Shown here one piece after another: positions 8,040 through 15,341 of a stretch of DNA of 32,000 nt (position 1 is the stretch's first letter; the number at the start of each line of letters is the position of its first letter). Location: assembly GCA_003568775.1 (NCBI GenBank), contig MWMI01000001.1:161792-193791 (forward strand), read 5' to 3'. The DNA is from Candidatus Nanoclepta minutus (GTDB lineage Archaea; Nanobdellota; Nanobdellia; Nanobdellales; Nanobdellaceae). A program made the translations under genes and the position numbers. Under the pieces are notes generated by a model. It was not told the DNA's origin, did not search any database, and worked only from the letters and a program-made list of their open reading frames with translations.

Positions 8040-8048
8040 AATTTTTGA

Positions 8049-10649
8049 ATGAATTATATTATTGTGGAAAAAATAATAGATGAAATAAGGAAAGAATTCT
8101 CGGATAATGTTATAGGAGTTGAGAAAATACCGGGAAGAGAACCATCTTTTGAAGATTATAACTTTGAGAATAGAGAAATAAATAGTTTTTTAGATAGAGT
8201 TGGTATAAATCTATATAAGCATCAGAAAGAATCATTAGAGATTCTATATAGTGGTAAAAATCTAGTTCTAACAACCCCCACAGCATCTGGAAAATCCTTA
8301 GTTTTTAGGTTATATATATTGGATAGGTTCTTGTCTAATCCACAGAAGACCTATCTCCTAATATATCCGATGAGAGCCCTTTTATATGACCAGTATGAGA
8401 AGTTCCTGGAACTATTAAAGAGTTTTGAGGACTTTTTTAACAGGAAAATAGACATAAGAATAGGATTATTACTTGGAGATCTAAGTTATAAGGAGAAGGA
8501 GAAACTATCGAAGGAAAAGCCTCATATAATCTTTACTACTGTAGATAACTTGCATCTTTTCTTACTAAAGAACCACGAAAAATTCCATTATTTTTTTAGA
8601 AATTTAGATCTAATTGTAGTTGATGAACTCCATTCCTATAGAGGAGTTTTTGGGACCAATTCAGCTTTAGTTTTTAGAAGGTTAATAAGACTCCTAAAGT
8701 TTTTGTATAGGAACAGTAGTTTTAAGATACTTTCTCTCTCTGCAACTTTGAGTAATGCTAAGGCTTTTGCCGAAAAGATATTTGGTCTTGAGTTCAGTTC
8801 TATAAGCGAGAACTATAGTAGGACCTACGATAGGTGGATAGTTGGTATAGATCCAAAGACTGTTGGTCCTAGGGTTATTTTAAAGAGGTTGATTAGAGTT
8901 TTATTGGAGAACAAGCTAAAATCCCTAGTTTTTTTGGAGTCTAAGAAAGGGGTAGAAAAGTATAAAATGCTTATAGAAGATTTGGATAGTAGTAATCTTG
9001 TTTTTACATATAAAGCTAGTTATTTAAGGGATATTAGGAGGGATATAGAAAGAAAGTTCAAGAATAATGAATACTTAATTTTGCTAACAACCTCAGCCCT
9101 TGAGTTGGGGATAGACATAGGAGATATAAACGTTGTAGCCAATTATGGGATCCCCAGGGATGGTATATTCTCTTTAATCCAGAGGTTCGGTAGATGCGGT
9201 AGGATATCGGAGGGTATAAATATAATAATGTTCAAGAGGGATGCCTTAGACCTCTACTATTCAATAAACTTTAAGGAATTGGTAGAAAAAATAAAGAGGA
9301 ACGATATAGAGGATATCCCAGTTAATTTATTTAATGAAAAGATTAAGAGAAAGCATTTACTTTATATGATCTCGGAATTTGGTAGATTGGATATAAGTAT
9401 ACTCGATGATGAAGAGAGAAAAATATTGAGAAGCTTAATTGAAGAGGGAAGGGTGAAGATAGTAAAGGATCAAATATTCGGGAAGGAATATGCAGTGTTG
9501 ATAGGAAAGGTTATATATACAGGACTTAGGAACATATCCGATAAGGTATACTATGTGATAGACCTCTCAAGCTATGATGCAGTAAAGAACGTTAAAAAGG
9601 AGAGTTCAGCTTTTAGGATTGCAAACATGTTGAAGTCTAGAGGAGAGATTATTGAAGAAATAGACGAATCAGCCTTTTACGAATACTTATTACCAGGTAT
9701 GGTATACTACTCACTTGGTAAATCTTATAGATCGGTTGCAGTTCATTCTGCGGGTAATATAAATTTTGTTATCGTTCAAAGAGAGGAAGGTAACGTAGAA
9801 ACGGAACCTTTATATAACGAAGACGTTAGAATATTAGAAAAATACAAGGAGAAGTCTCTAGGTGATTGGAAGGTTTGCTATGGTATGATCGAAGTTAATA
9901 GGGAATATTTGGGATATATTGAGAGAATTAAGCTCGGTTCGGGATACAACCAAGACATAATATACTATGAAAAACCTATAAGGAGGAGGTTTACTACGAA
10001 GTCTATTTGGATAGAGATCCCTGAAGAGTATAGCGAAATAGAGAACGATTACTTAAAGATTTGGAAAAATAAAATAATTAAACATTTGAAAAACAAGAAA
10101 TATAACATATCATATGAGGAATTATATAATTTTTCAACGACAATTATAAAAGATTATTTTTATGAAAAATATAGAGGGCTATCTAGTAAGAAGATTAGGG
10201 AAATTATAAATAAATTCCTAGAAGATCGTGGTATAAAAGATAAGAGGCTCTCTTTTTATTTGAAGAAGCTGGTTGACTATCAGGTAGCCTTTAGGTCTGG
10301 TTTACATGCAATAGAGCATAATATAATCAAGATATCTCCGATAGTAACCTATATAGATTCGAGGGAATTAGGTGGTTTTTCCTATACCTCTCATCCGCAG
10401 ACAGGGAAACCTGTAATATTCATATATGAAGGTTATGAAAATGGTGTTGGACTTGCAGAAACCTTATATGATAATATAGAGAACCTTATAAATAGATCAA
10501 TTGAATCTTTAAATAGCTGTAAATGTTTAGATGGCTGTCCGAGATGTATATATTCTTCAAAATGCGGTAATTTTAATGAGTATCTCGATAAATACTCTGC
10601 AAGGTTGATATACAGTAAGTTCTATATGAAGGTTAAAGGTTTTAAATAA
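8049..10649 (+). CDS. DEXH-box helicase with C-terminal MrfA-type zinc domain (DUF1998), YprA/MrfA family
   Basis: 866 aa. Helicase motifs: LYKHQ (Q-like), TPTASGKS (I), DELH (II), SAT (III), QRFGRCGR (VI). C-terminal four-Cys module CKCLDGCPRCIYSSKCGNFNEYLDK, typical of DUF1998. Confidence 0.75.
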   Translation: MNYIIVEKIIDEIRKEFSDNVIGVEKIPGREPSFEDYNFENREINSFLDRVGINLYKHQKESLEILYSGKNLVLTTPTASGKSLVFRLYILDRFLSNPQKTYLLIYPMRALLYDQYEKFLELLKSFEDFFNRKIDIRIGLLLGDLSYKEKEKLSKEKPHIIFTTVDNLHLFLLKNHEKFHYFFRNLDLIVVDELHSYRGVFGTNSALVFRRLIRLLKFLYRNSSFKILSLSATLSNAKAFAEKIFGLEFSSISENYSRTYDRWIVGIDPKTVGPRVILKRLIRVLLENKLKSLVFLESKKGVEKYKMLIEDLDSSNLVFTYKASYLRDIRRDIERKFKNNEYLILLTTSALELGIDIGDINVVANYGIPRDGIFSLIQRFGRCGRISEGINIIMFKRDALDLYYSINFKELVEKIKRNDIEDIPVNLFNEKIKRKHLLYMISEFGRLDISILDDEERKILRSLIEEGRVKIVKDQIFGKEYAVLIGKVIYTGLRNISDKVYYVIDLSSYDAVKNVKKESSAFRIANMLKSRGEIIEEIDESAFYEYLLPGMVYYSLGKSYRSVAVHSAGNINFVIVQREEGNVETEPLYNEDVRILEKYKEKSLGDWKVCYGMIEVNREYLGYIERIKLGSGYNQDIIYYEKPIRRRFTTKSIWIEIPEEYSEIENDYLKIWKNKIIKHLKNKKYNISYEELYNFSTTIIKDYFYEKYRGLSSKKIREIINKFLEDRGIKDKRLSFYLKKLVDYQVAFRSGLHAIEHNIIKISPIVTYIDSRELGGFSYTSHPQTGKPVIFIYEGYENGVGLAETLYDNIENLINRSIESLNSCKCLDGCPRCIYSSKCGNFNEYLDKYSARLIYSKFYMKVKGFK

Positions 10650-10667
10650 TTTTTACAAAATGAATTT

Positions 10668-11417
10668 ATGGAAGTTGTATTTCCTCAAGCAAAGGAATTA
10701 AGAAGTATACTCTCTGCAGCTACAGCATTTCTTTCTGAGGGGACTTTTAAAGCAAAGAATGATGGAATATTCTTAGCATCCCTAGATTCGGCTAATGTAG
10801 CAGTTATAATCGTAGATATGTATCCAAATATGTTCTTAGATTATAAGATAGATGGAGAAGAGGAGATATTTACAGTTAACTTGGAGGATTTGAAGAAGAT
10901 CCTATCTAAGGCAAAAACAAAGGAACAAATATCATGGAAAACTGATAAGAAGAAGAATAAGTTTATCCTTTCTATAAAGGGTAAATCTACTAGAAGCTTT
11001 ACCTTACCTTTGATAGAGACGGAAGGGAATGTATTGGATATACCTAGTCTGGACTTAAGGATTAAGTTAGAGATGGATGCAAAGGCCTTTTCAGAGATAG
11101 TATCCTCTGCTAAGGTAATAGCGGATGAATTGAAGATAACTACTGATCCTGATAAGAATACAATTAGCTTTATAGCTGAAGGGGAGTTAAAGGACATGAG
11201 GATAGACTTAACTTCACAGGATGAAGGGGTATTATCCATGGAGGTTCCAGAGAAGGTTACTGTGAGGTATTCTGTAGACTATCTATATAAAATTACTAAG
11301 GTAGCTACTATATCAGATACCGTTATGATAAAGTTTGATCAGGATAAACCAATTTGGTTAGACTATAGATCTTTAGATAAATTTAGATTTGGATTTGTTC
11401 TGGCACCTAGAGAGTAG
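10668..11417 (+). CDS. pcn: PCNA sliding clamp
   Basis: 249 aa, with the length and two-domain pattern of archaeal PCNA (FLASLDSANVAVIIVDM, second-half MEVPEKVTVRYSVDYL, C-terminal FGFVLAPR). Confidence 0.85.
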   Translation: MEVVFPQAKELRSILSAATAFLSEGTFKAKNDGIFLASLDSANVAVIIVDMYPNMFLDYKIDGEEEIFTVNLEDLKKILSKAKTKEQISWKTDKKKNKFILSIKGKSTRSFTLPLIETEGNVLDIPSLDLRIKLEMDAKAFSEIVSSAKVIADELKITTDPDKNTISFIAEGELKDMRIDLTSQDEGVLSMEVPEKVTVRYSVDYLYKITKVATISDTVMIKFDQDKPIWLDYRSLDKFRFGFVLAPRE

Positions 11418-11423
11418 ATATAA

Positions 11424-11429
11424 TTTTTT
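11424..11429 (+). terminator. Oligo-T tract downstream of pcn
   Basis: TTTTTT lies 7 nt after the pcn stop codon. Confidence 0.35.
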
Positions 11430-11628
11430 CGGAGAATTTATATTTTATCTTTGATTTTTCAATAATTTTGTTTGAATTCTACCGGTCTTGTCCCTTATTA
11501 TTGGAAATCCCCACAACTAATATATAAGGAGGTTATGTACAATGATGTATGTTAAATATAGATGGTATCTCGTTGATTGTTAGAAGTTATCTTCAAAATC
11601 ATCTTCTTTTATTCTAAAAAAGGAAAAA

Positions 11629-11637
11629 TTTTATAAA
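11629..11637 (+). promoter_or_regulatory. TATA box (with A-rich BRE-like flank) of the histone gene
   Basis: AAAAA-TTTTATAAA is centred 26 nt upstream of ATG 11659, which implies a leaderless or near-leaderless mRNA. Confidence 0.55.
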
Positions 11638-11658
11638 TTAGCAAACAATTTATTTATT

Positions 11659-11895
11659 ATGGTAAGAGGTGAAAGAGGAATTCCAATGGCTGCAGTAGAA
11701 AGGATCTTGAAGAGCAAGGGTGCTAAGGCAGGAGTTGAGAGAGTTTCTGATAAGGCAGTAAAGTTCTTGAAGACAGCTTTGGAAGACGTAGCTTACGATA
11801 TTGCACAAAGGGCAAACTCCTTAGCAAAGCACGGAAAGAGAACAACAGTAAAACCAGAAGACGTAAAGATAGCTGCTAAGGCCTTTACAAGATAA
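11659..11895 (+). CDS. Archaeal histone (HMf-type histone fold)
   Basis: 78 aa. Aligns with HMfB from memory: IPMAAVERILK / LPIAPIGRIIK, ERVSDKAV / ERVSDDAR, KHGKRTTVKPEDVKIA / RHAGRKTIKAEDIELA. Confidence 0.9.
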   Translation: MVRGERGIPMAAVERILKSKGAKAGVERVSDKAVKFLKTALEDVAYDIAQRANSLAKHGKRTTVKPEDVKIAAKAFTR

Positions 11896-11899
11896 GGCT

Positions 11900-12544
11900 T
11901 TATTTTTCTTTATTTTTGTAATATAAACATTTATTTTTTATAATACATATATCACACCTTGGATTTATTGGTTTACAGATTTTTCTTCCAAACTTTACAA
12001 AATTGAAGTTTAATTCTCTCCAATACTTTTTATCTATTATGTTATATAGAGCTCTCTCTGTTTCTTCAAATCTCTTTGTATTAACGATTCCTATTCTATT
12101 AACTATTCTATGTACGTTAGAGTCCACTGCTATGTAATCTCTATTGCATACTATTATTAAATAAACGTTTCTAACCTTTCTTCCAACCCCCGGAAGCTTT
12201 TGTAGGAATTCTTCATCGCATATTTTTTTGTAATCCCATTTTTCTGCTATTTCCTTTATCCATCTAGCTTTTTGATTATTTAATCCAACCATCTTTAAAG
12301 AATTAGCTATTTCTCCCATACTTGCCTTTTTAATATCTTCTATATCCTTGAATTTCTTGAAGAAATCTCTAACAGCTTTAATTGTAACTTCCTCTCTAGT
12401 TCTTATAGAAATGATAACTGATATGAGGACTTTGAAGGGATCTTTGAGTTCTTCCCAAACCTCTGGTGCTGCCAAATCCTCTTCAATGTTCTTTGAGTAA
12501 TCTATTATTTTTTCAATTATTTCATCTATTTCGGCTTTATCCAT
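11900..12544 (-). CDS. nth: Endonuclease III (HhH-GPD DNA glycosylase with 4Fe-4S cluster)
   Basis: 214 aa. HhH LPGVGRKVRNV, catalytic-Asp region AVDSNVHRIVNRIG, and the cluster motif CKPINPRCDICIIKNKC (C-x6-C-x2-C-x5-C). Confidence 0.85.
   Translation of the reverse strand: MDKAEIDEIIEKIIDYSKNIEEDLAAPEVWEELKDPFKVLISVIISIRTREEVTIKAVRDFFKKFKDIEDIKKASMGEIANSLKMVGLNNQKARWIKEIAEKWDYKKICDEEFLQKLPGVGRKVRNVYLIIVCNRDYIAVDSNVHRIVNRIGIVNTKRFEETERALYNIIDKKYWRELNFNFVKFGRKICKPINPRCDICIIKNKCLYYKNKEK
11903..11917 (+). terminator. Two T5 tracts after the histone stop, inside the 3' end of the convergent nth gene
   Basis: TTTTT occurs at 11903-11907 and 11913-11917. On the minus strand the same bases encode the nth tail YKNKEK. 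Confidence 0.35.
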
Positions 12545-13716
12545 ACTTCGTAACCTTCAAATACATCTTTAAGCATTTTATTCAGATCTTCTATGTTCTT
12601 AGATTCTTTCTTTACTATTTCAAGTAAGTTATCATACGTAATTCCAAAGTACTTTATTAGAAAAGCATCCGTTGGTATTCTTTCAAACAGTAAATTCCTG
12701 CTCTTTTGAAACTTCAGATTTAATCTATTTATCCTACCGTTTATATAGTCTTCCGTTATTCTTTCGTTTAGTAAGTCATCTATGGCATCGTATATTTTAT
12801 TTTCCTTTTCTTTATCAAAACCGGGAACTCCAAATGTAAAGATAAAACTATCTGGATAGGTTAAAGTGTATTCTAGGAAGACATGATAGCCTATTCCATA
12901 TTTATTCCTAAATATTTGGAATATTTTCGACGAAATACCACCGGATATAATACTAGATAAAGTATAGGCTTTCAAAAGGTCCTTTAAATCAAAATCTTTA
13001 CTTATTGCATAGTATATGATATCTTTAGTATCCATCTCTTCATATATATCCCTTCCTTTATCTTTTGAAGGTCTTTTCAGTTTTACATCATCCCCTTCAA
13101 GCATAGAAAAATACTTCCTTATGGTATCCATCTCTTTCTCTCCGACGTTTCCCTCAAGGATTATGAACATGTTCTTCGGACTATAGTACTTTGCCTTAAA
13201 TTCCTCTAATATATCCTTTGTTATGTTTTTTATAGTCTCTATACTCCCGCCTATACGTTCCCCATAATCTGATTCTCCAAAAACACTTTTCTGAACAAGA
13301 TTATATAACTTTTCTTCTGGATCATTATCACACCTTTCAATTTCGCTTATTATTACTTTCTTCTCATTTTCAAACTCCTCCTCAATATAACTCGAGTTTT
13401 CAAATATGGAGTAAAGTACATCAACTATCTTATTGAAACTCTCCTTTATGCACTCGAAGAAATAGAGTGTATAATGTGCAGATGTAACCGCATTCGCTAG
13501 TCCTCCATTAAGCTCCAGGCCCATATCTATTTCATGAGCTTTATACTTCTTGTTGGTCTTAAACATCATATGTTCTAGGAAGTGGGAGATCCCCCTATAA
13601 TCCTTCTCTTCATAAATACTCCCTATATTTACATATATTCCAATTCCTATAGTCTTTACACCCTCAATAGGCAACGTATAAACTCTTATACCATTATCTA
13701 AGGTTTCAACCTTCAT
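12526..13716 (-). CDS. M16 family zinc metallopeptidase (pitrilysin-like)
   Basis: 396 aa. Inverted zinc motif HxxEH in GISHFLEHMMFK near the N-terminus, followed by the downstream Glu region typical of M16. Confidence 0.8.
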   Translation of the reverse strand: MKVETLDNGIRVYTLPIEGVKTIGIGIYVNIGSIYEEKDYRGISHFLEHMMFKTNKKYKAHEIDMGLELNGGLANAVTSAHYTLYFFECIKESFNKIVDVLYSIFENSSYIEEEFENEKKVIISEIERCDNDPEEKLYNLVQKSVFGESDYGERIGGSIETIKNITKDILEEFKAKYYSPKNMFIILEGNVGEKEMDTIRKYFSMLEGDDVKLKRPSKDKGRDIYEEMDTKDIIYYAISKDFDLKDLLKAYTLSSIISGGISSKIFQIFRNKYGIGYHVFLEYTLTYPDSFIFTFGVPGFDKEKENKIYDAIDDLLNERITEDYINGRINRLNLKFQKSRNLLFERIPTDAFLIKYFGITYDNLLEIVKKESKNIEDLNKMLKDVFEGYEVWIKPK

Positions 13717-13738
13717 TGGAGTGAGTTATTTAAAAATA

Positions 13739-13747
13739 ATTATAAAA
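13739..13747. promoter_or_regulatory. Single central TATA-like element shared by the divergent M16 peptidase and aIF5A genes
   Basis: ATTATAAAA sits at the midpoint of the 52-nt spacer, about 26 nt from each start codon (13716 minus strand, 13769 plus strand). Confidence 0.5.
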
Positions 13748-13768
13748 TTTCATAGAACCTATATTCTT

Positions 13769-14170
13769 ATGCCAGAGATTCAAATAAAGAAGGTAATTGA
13801 CCTAAAGAAAGGATCATATGTATGGTACAACAACGATGTATATGAGGTATTAGAGATAGAGACCTCTAAGACTGGTAAGCATGGATCCGCAAAGGCAAGG
13901 GTAGTAATGAGGTCTTTAACCTCAGATAAGACTGTAGAGATAGTTAAGCCAACCCAGGATCCTATAGAGGTTCCAATAGTTAAAAAGATAAAGGGACAGG
14001 TTATATCTAAGATATCTGAAGATTCTTACATGGTTATGGATTTAGAGACCTATGAAACTTTTGAGGCAAAAGTTAAGGATGAGAGTCTTAAGGGTAAAAT
14101 AGAGGAAGGAAACAGAGTTATGGTATGGGATGTAGGAGAGAAGTTAATAGTCCAGGTTTTTAAAGAGTAA
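13769..14170 (+). CDS. eif5a: Translation initiation factor aIF5A
   Basis: Hypusine-site motif TSKTGKHGSAKA. I moved the start to ATG 13769 (MPEIQIKK), because the track start at 13721 is a GTG lying inside the promoter spacer. Confidence 0.88.
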   Translation: MPEIQIKKVIDLKKGSYVWYNNDVYEVLEIETSKTGKHGSAKARVVMRSLTSDKTVEIVKPTQDPIEVPIVKKIKGQVISKISEDSYMVMDLETYETFEAKVKDESLKGKIEEGNRVMVWDVGEKLIVQVFKE

Positions 14171-15053
14171 CTTTTTTACTTATTTCATCAGCCAGCCTTA
14201 TCGGTTCTGGATATCTTCCCCTTATCCAGAATTTTTCTGAAAGCTGTTTACTTGTATCTAACGATACCCTATAACCTGGGGATACATAAACTTCTCTTCC
14301 AAACTTCCTTATAACGTATCCCAGAATCTCTCCAGTTTTTTCATCCACTATCTTATCATCAACGAGCTTTCCATACAGTAAGGACTTTGTTATTCCTATA
14401 GTTGGAATGTTTAGTTTGTATCCCACCCAGGTAGCTAGACCTACTCTTACAGGATGCGCAATTCCAACTCCATTAACGAATAGAACATCGATCTCTTCAT
14501 CAATCCTATCGAAGGTTTTAATTATAGGTTCACCTTCCCTAAACGCTAGAAAGGATGGAATATAGGGAAAATTTACCTTTTCTATAAATACATATTTTTT
14601 CTTTATAGATAGATTCTTATCAAGTACTACATATACAACTTTTGCAGAGTCCTCCTTATAGCCTAAGTCAACACCCCCTATACTTTCTAATTTATCAAAA
14701 TCATCATATAGAATTAAGTTTTTCGTTACTTCCATCTGAATCCTTCTCAATTTTTCTAGTGGTTTATCCTTTATATTAAAATCTTTAAATAAGTATCTTT
14801 CTAATCCAACTATTTCATCTCCCTTTATTTCTATCCCCTCCTCTTTCAAAATCTTCTTTTGTATAGGATCCTTTATTATCCCCCTTTCGCTTACTACCCT
14901 CCACCATGGACCTTCTATCTTTCTGTAGTTCTGTAGTACGAACTTTATAGCATATCTACTACCCAAGGCCTCTGCTAATACCTTAAAAGTTGTAACTTTA
15001 CCTTTAGGGATTGAGCATATTAGTTCTCCTAAAACCCTGTTGATATCAATCAT
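14160..15053 (-). CDS. Fusion protein: N-terminal alkyltransferase-like (ATL/MGMT DNA-binding) domain + C-terminal endonuclease V domain
   Basis: 297 aa. N-terminal IPKGKVTTFKVLAEALG...PWWRVV (active transferases have PCHRV). C-terminal GGVDLGY, FPYIPSFLAFRE, FVNGVGIAHPVRVGLATW, PTIGITK, PGYRVS and YPEPIRLAD are colinear with E. coli Nfi. Confidence 0.8.
   Translation of the reverse strand: MIDINRVLGELICSIPKGKVTTFKVLAEALGSRYAIKFVLQNYRKIEGPWWRVVSERGIIKDPIQKKILKEEGIEIKGDEIVGLERYLFKDFNIKDKPLEKLRRIQMEVTKNLILYDDFDKLESIGGVDLGYKEDSAKVVYVVLDKNLSIKKKYVFIEKVNFPYIPSFLAFREGEPIIKTFDRIDEEIDVLFVNGVGIAHPVRVGLATWVGYKLNIPTIGITKSLLYGKLVDDKIVDEKTGEILGYVIRKFGREVYVSPGYRVSLDTSKQLSEKFWIRGRYPEPIRLADEISKKVTL
14172..14177 (+). 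terminator. T6 tract 1 nt after the aIF5A stop, inside the convergent EndoV-fusion gene
   Basis: TTTTTT at 14172-14177. On the minus strand it encodes the KK of the C-terminal EISKKVTL. Confidence 0.35.
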
Positions 15054-15080
15054 TTTAAAGCTTATTGTATAAAAATTTAA

Positions 15081-15329
15081 ATGAAGGATTGGGTCTTAGA
15101 AATTTTAGTAGGTATATTGTTAGCTCTAGCTGGAATAGCTGGTATATGGTATTGGCTGAATGAAGTAGTCATCTTTATAAAGGGAGCCATAGGACCTCTA
15201 TTAGCAATCGTTGGTGTCCTTCTAATATGGATAGGTTATGAGGATAAGAAATTAGAGAAGGAATTAGCAGAAATAGAGAAGGAATTAGAGAAAGAGGAAA
15301 AAACTGAGGAAAAAAAGGAGGAAAAATAG
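15081..15329 (+). CDS. Small membrane protein with Glu/Lys-rich C-terminal tail (unknown function)
   Basis: 82 aa. Two hydrophobic helices, then KLEKELAEIEKELEKEEKTEEKKEEK. A TATA-like TTTTAAAG lies about 24 nt upstream. Confidence 0.5.
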   Translation: MKDWVLEILVGILLALAGIAGIWYWLNEVVIFIKGAIGPLLAIVGVLLIWIGYEDKKLEKELAEIEKELEKEEKTEEKKEEK

Positions 15330-15341
15330 TTAAGAGGCGTT

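Noticed and set aside
8049-10649. DUF1998 helicase considered as part of an anti-phage system of DISARM or Dpd type.
   Set aside because: The helicase and DUF1998 are fused, as in housekeeping MrfA/YprA. No methyltransferase, PLD nuclease, DrmB/DrmC-like or other defence partner is adjacent. The neighbours are a tRNA and PCNA.
11526-11555. Strong AAGGAGG followed by ATG 11535 (micro-ORF MYNDVC*), and a 27-codon TTG-initiated ORF at 11472-11555.
   Set aside because: The spacing between AAGGAGG and the ATG is only 2 nt. The peptides are tiny with no recognisable features. They are kept only as part of the unexplained-spacer finding.
11541-11576. C-box-like AATGATGT inside the long pcn-histone spacer.
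   Set aside because: The C box is imperfect, no CTGA D box occurs on either strand within 70 nt, and the nearest TTGA is only about 30 nt away. It does not fit a C/D sRNA.
13721-13768. GTG-initiated 16-codon extension of aIF5A.
   Set aside because: The extension (MSYLKIIIKFHRTYIL) covers the AT-rich promoter element itself. aIF5A homologues begin close to the MPEIQIKK-type N-terminus.
15244-15329. Direct repeats of AGAGAAGGAATTAG and purine-rich runs at the 3' end of the 82-aa gene.
   Set aside because: This is low-complexity coding sequence for a Glu/Lys-rich tail (EKELAEIEKELEKEE), not a CRISPR-like or regulatory repeat.
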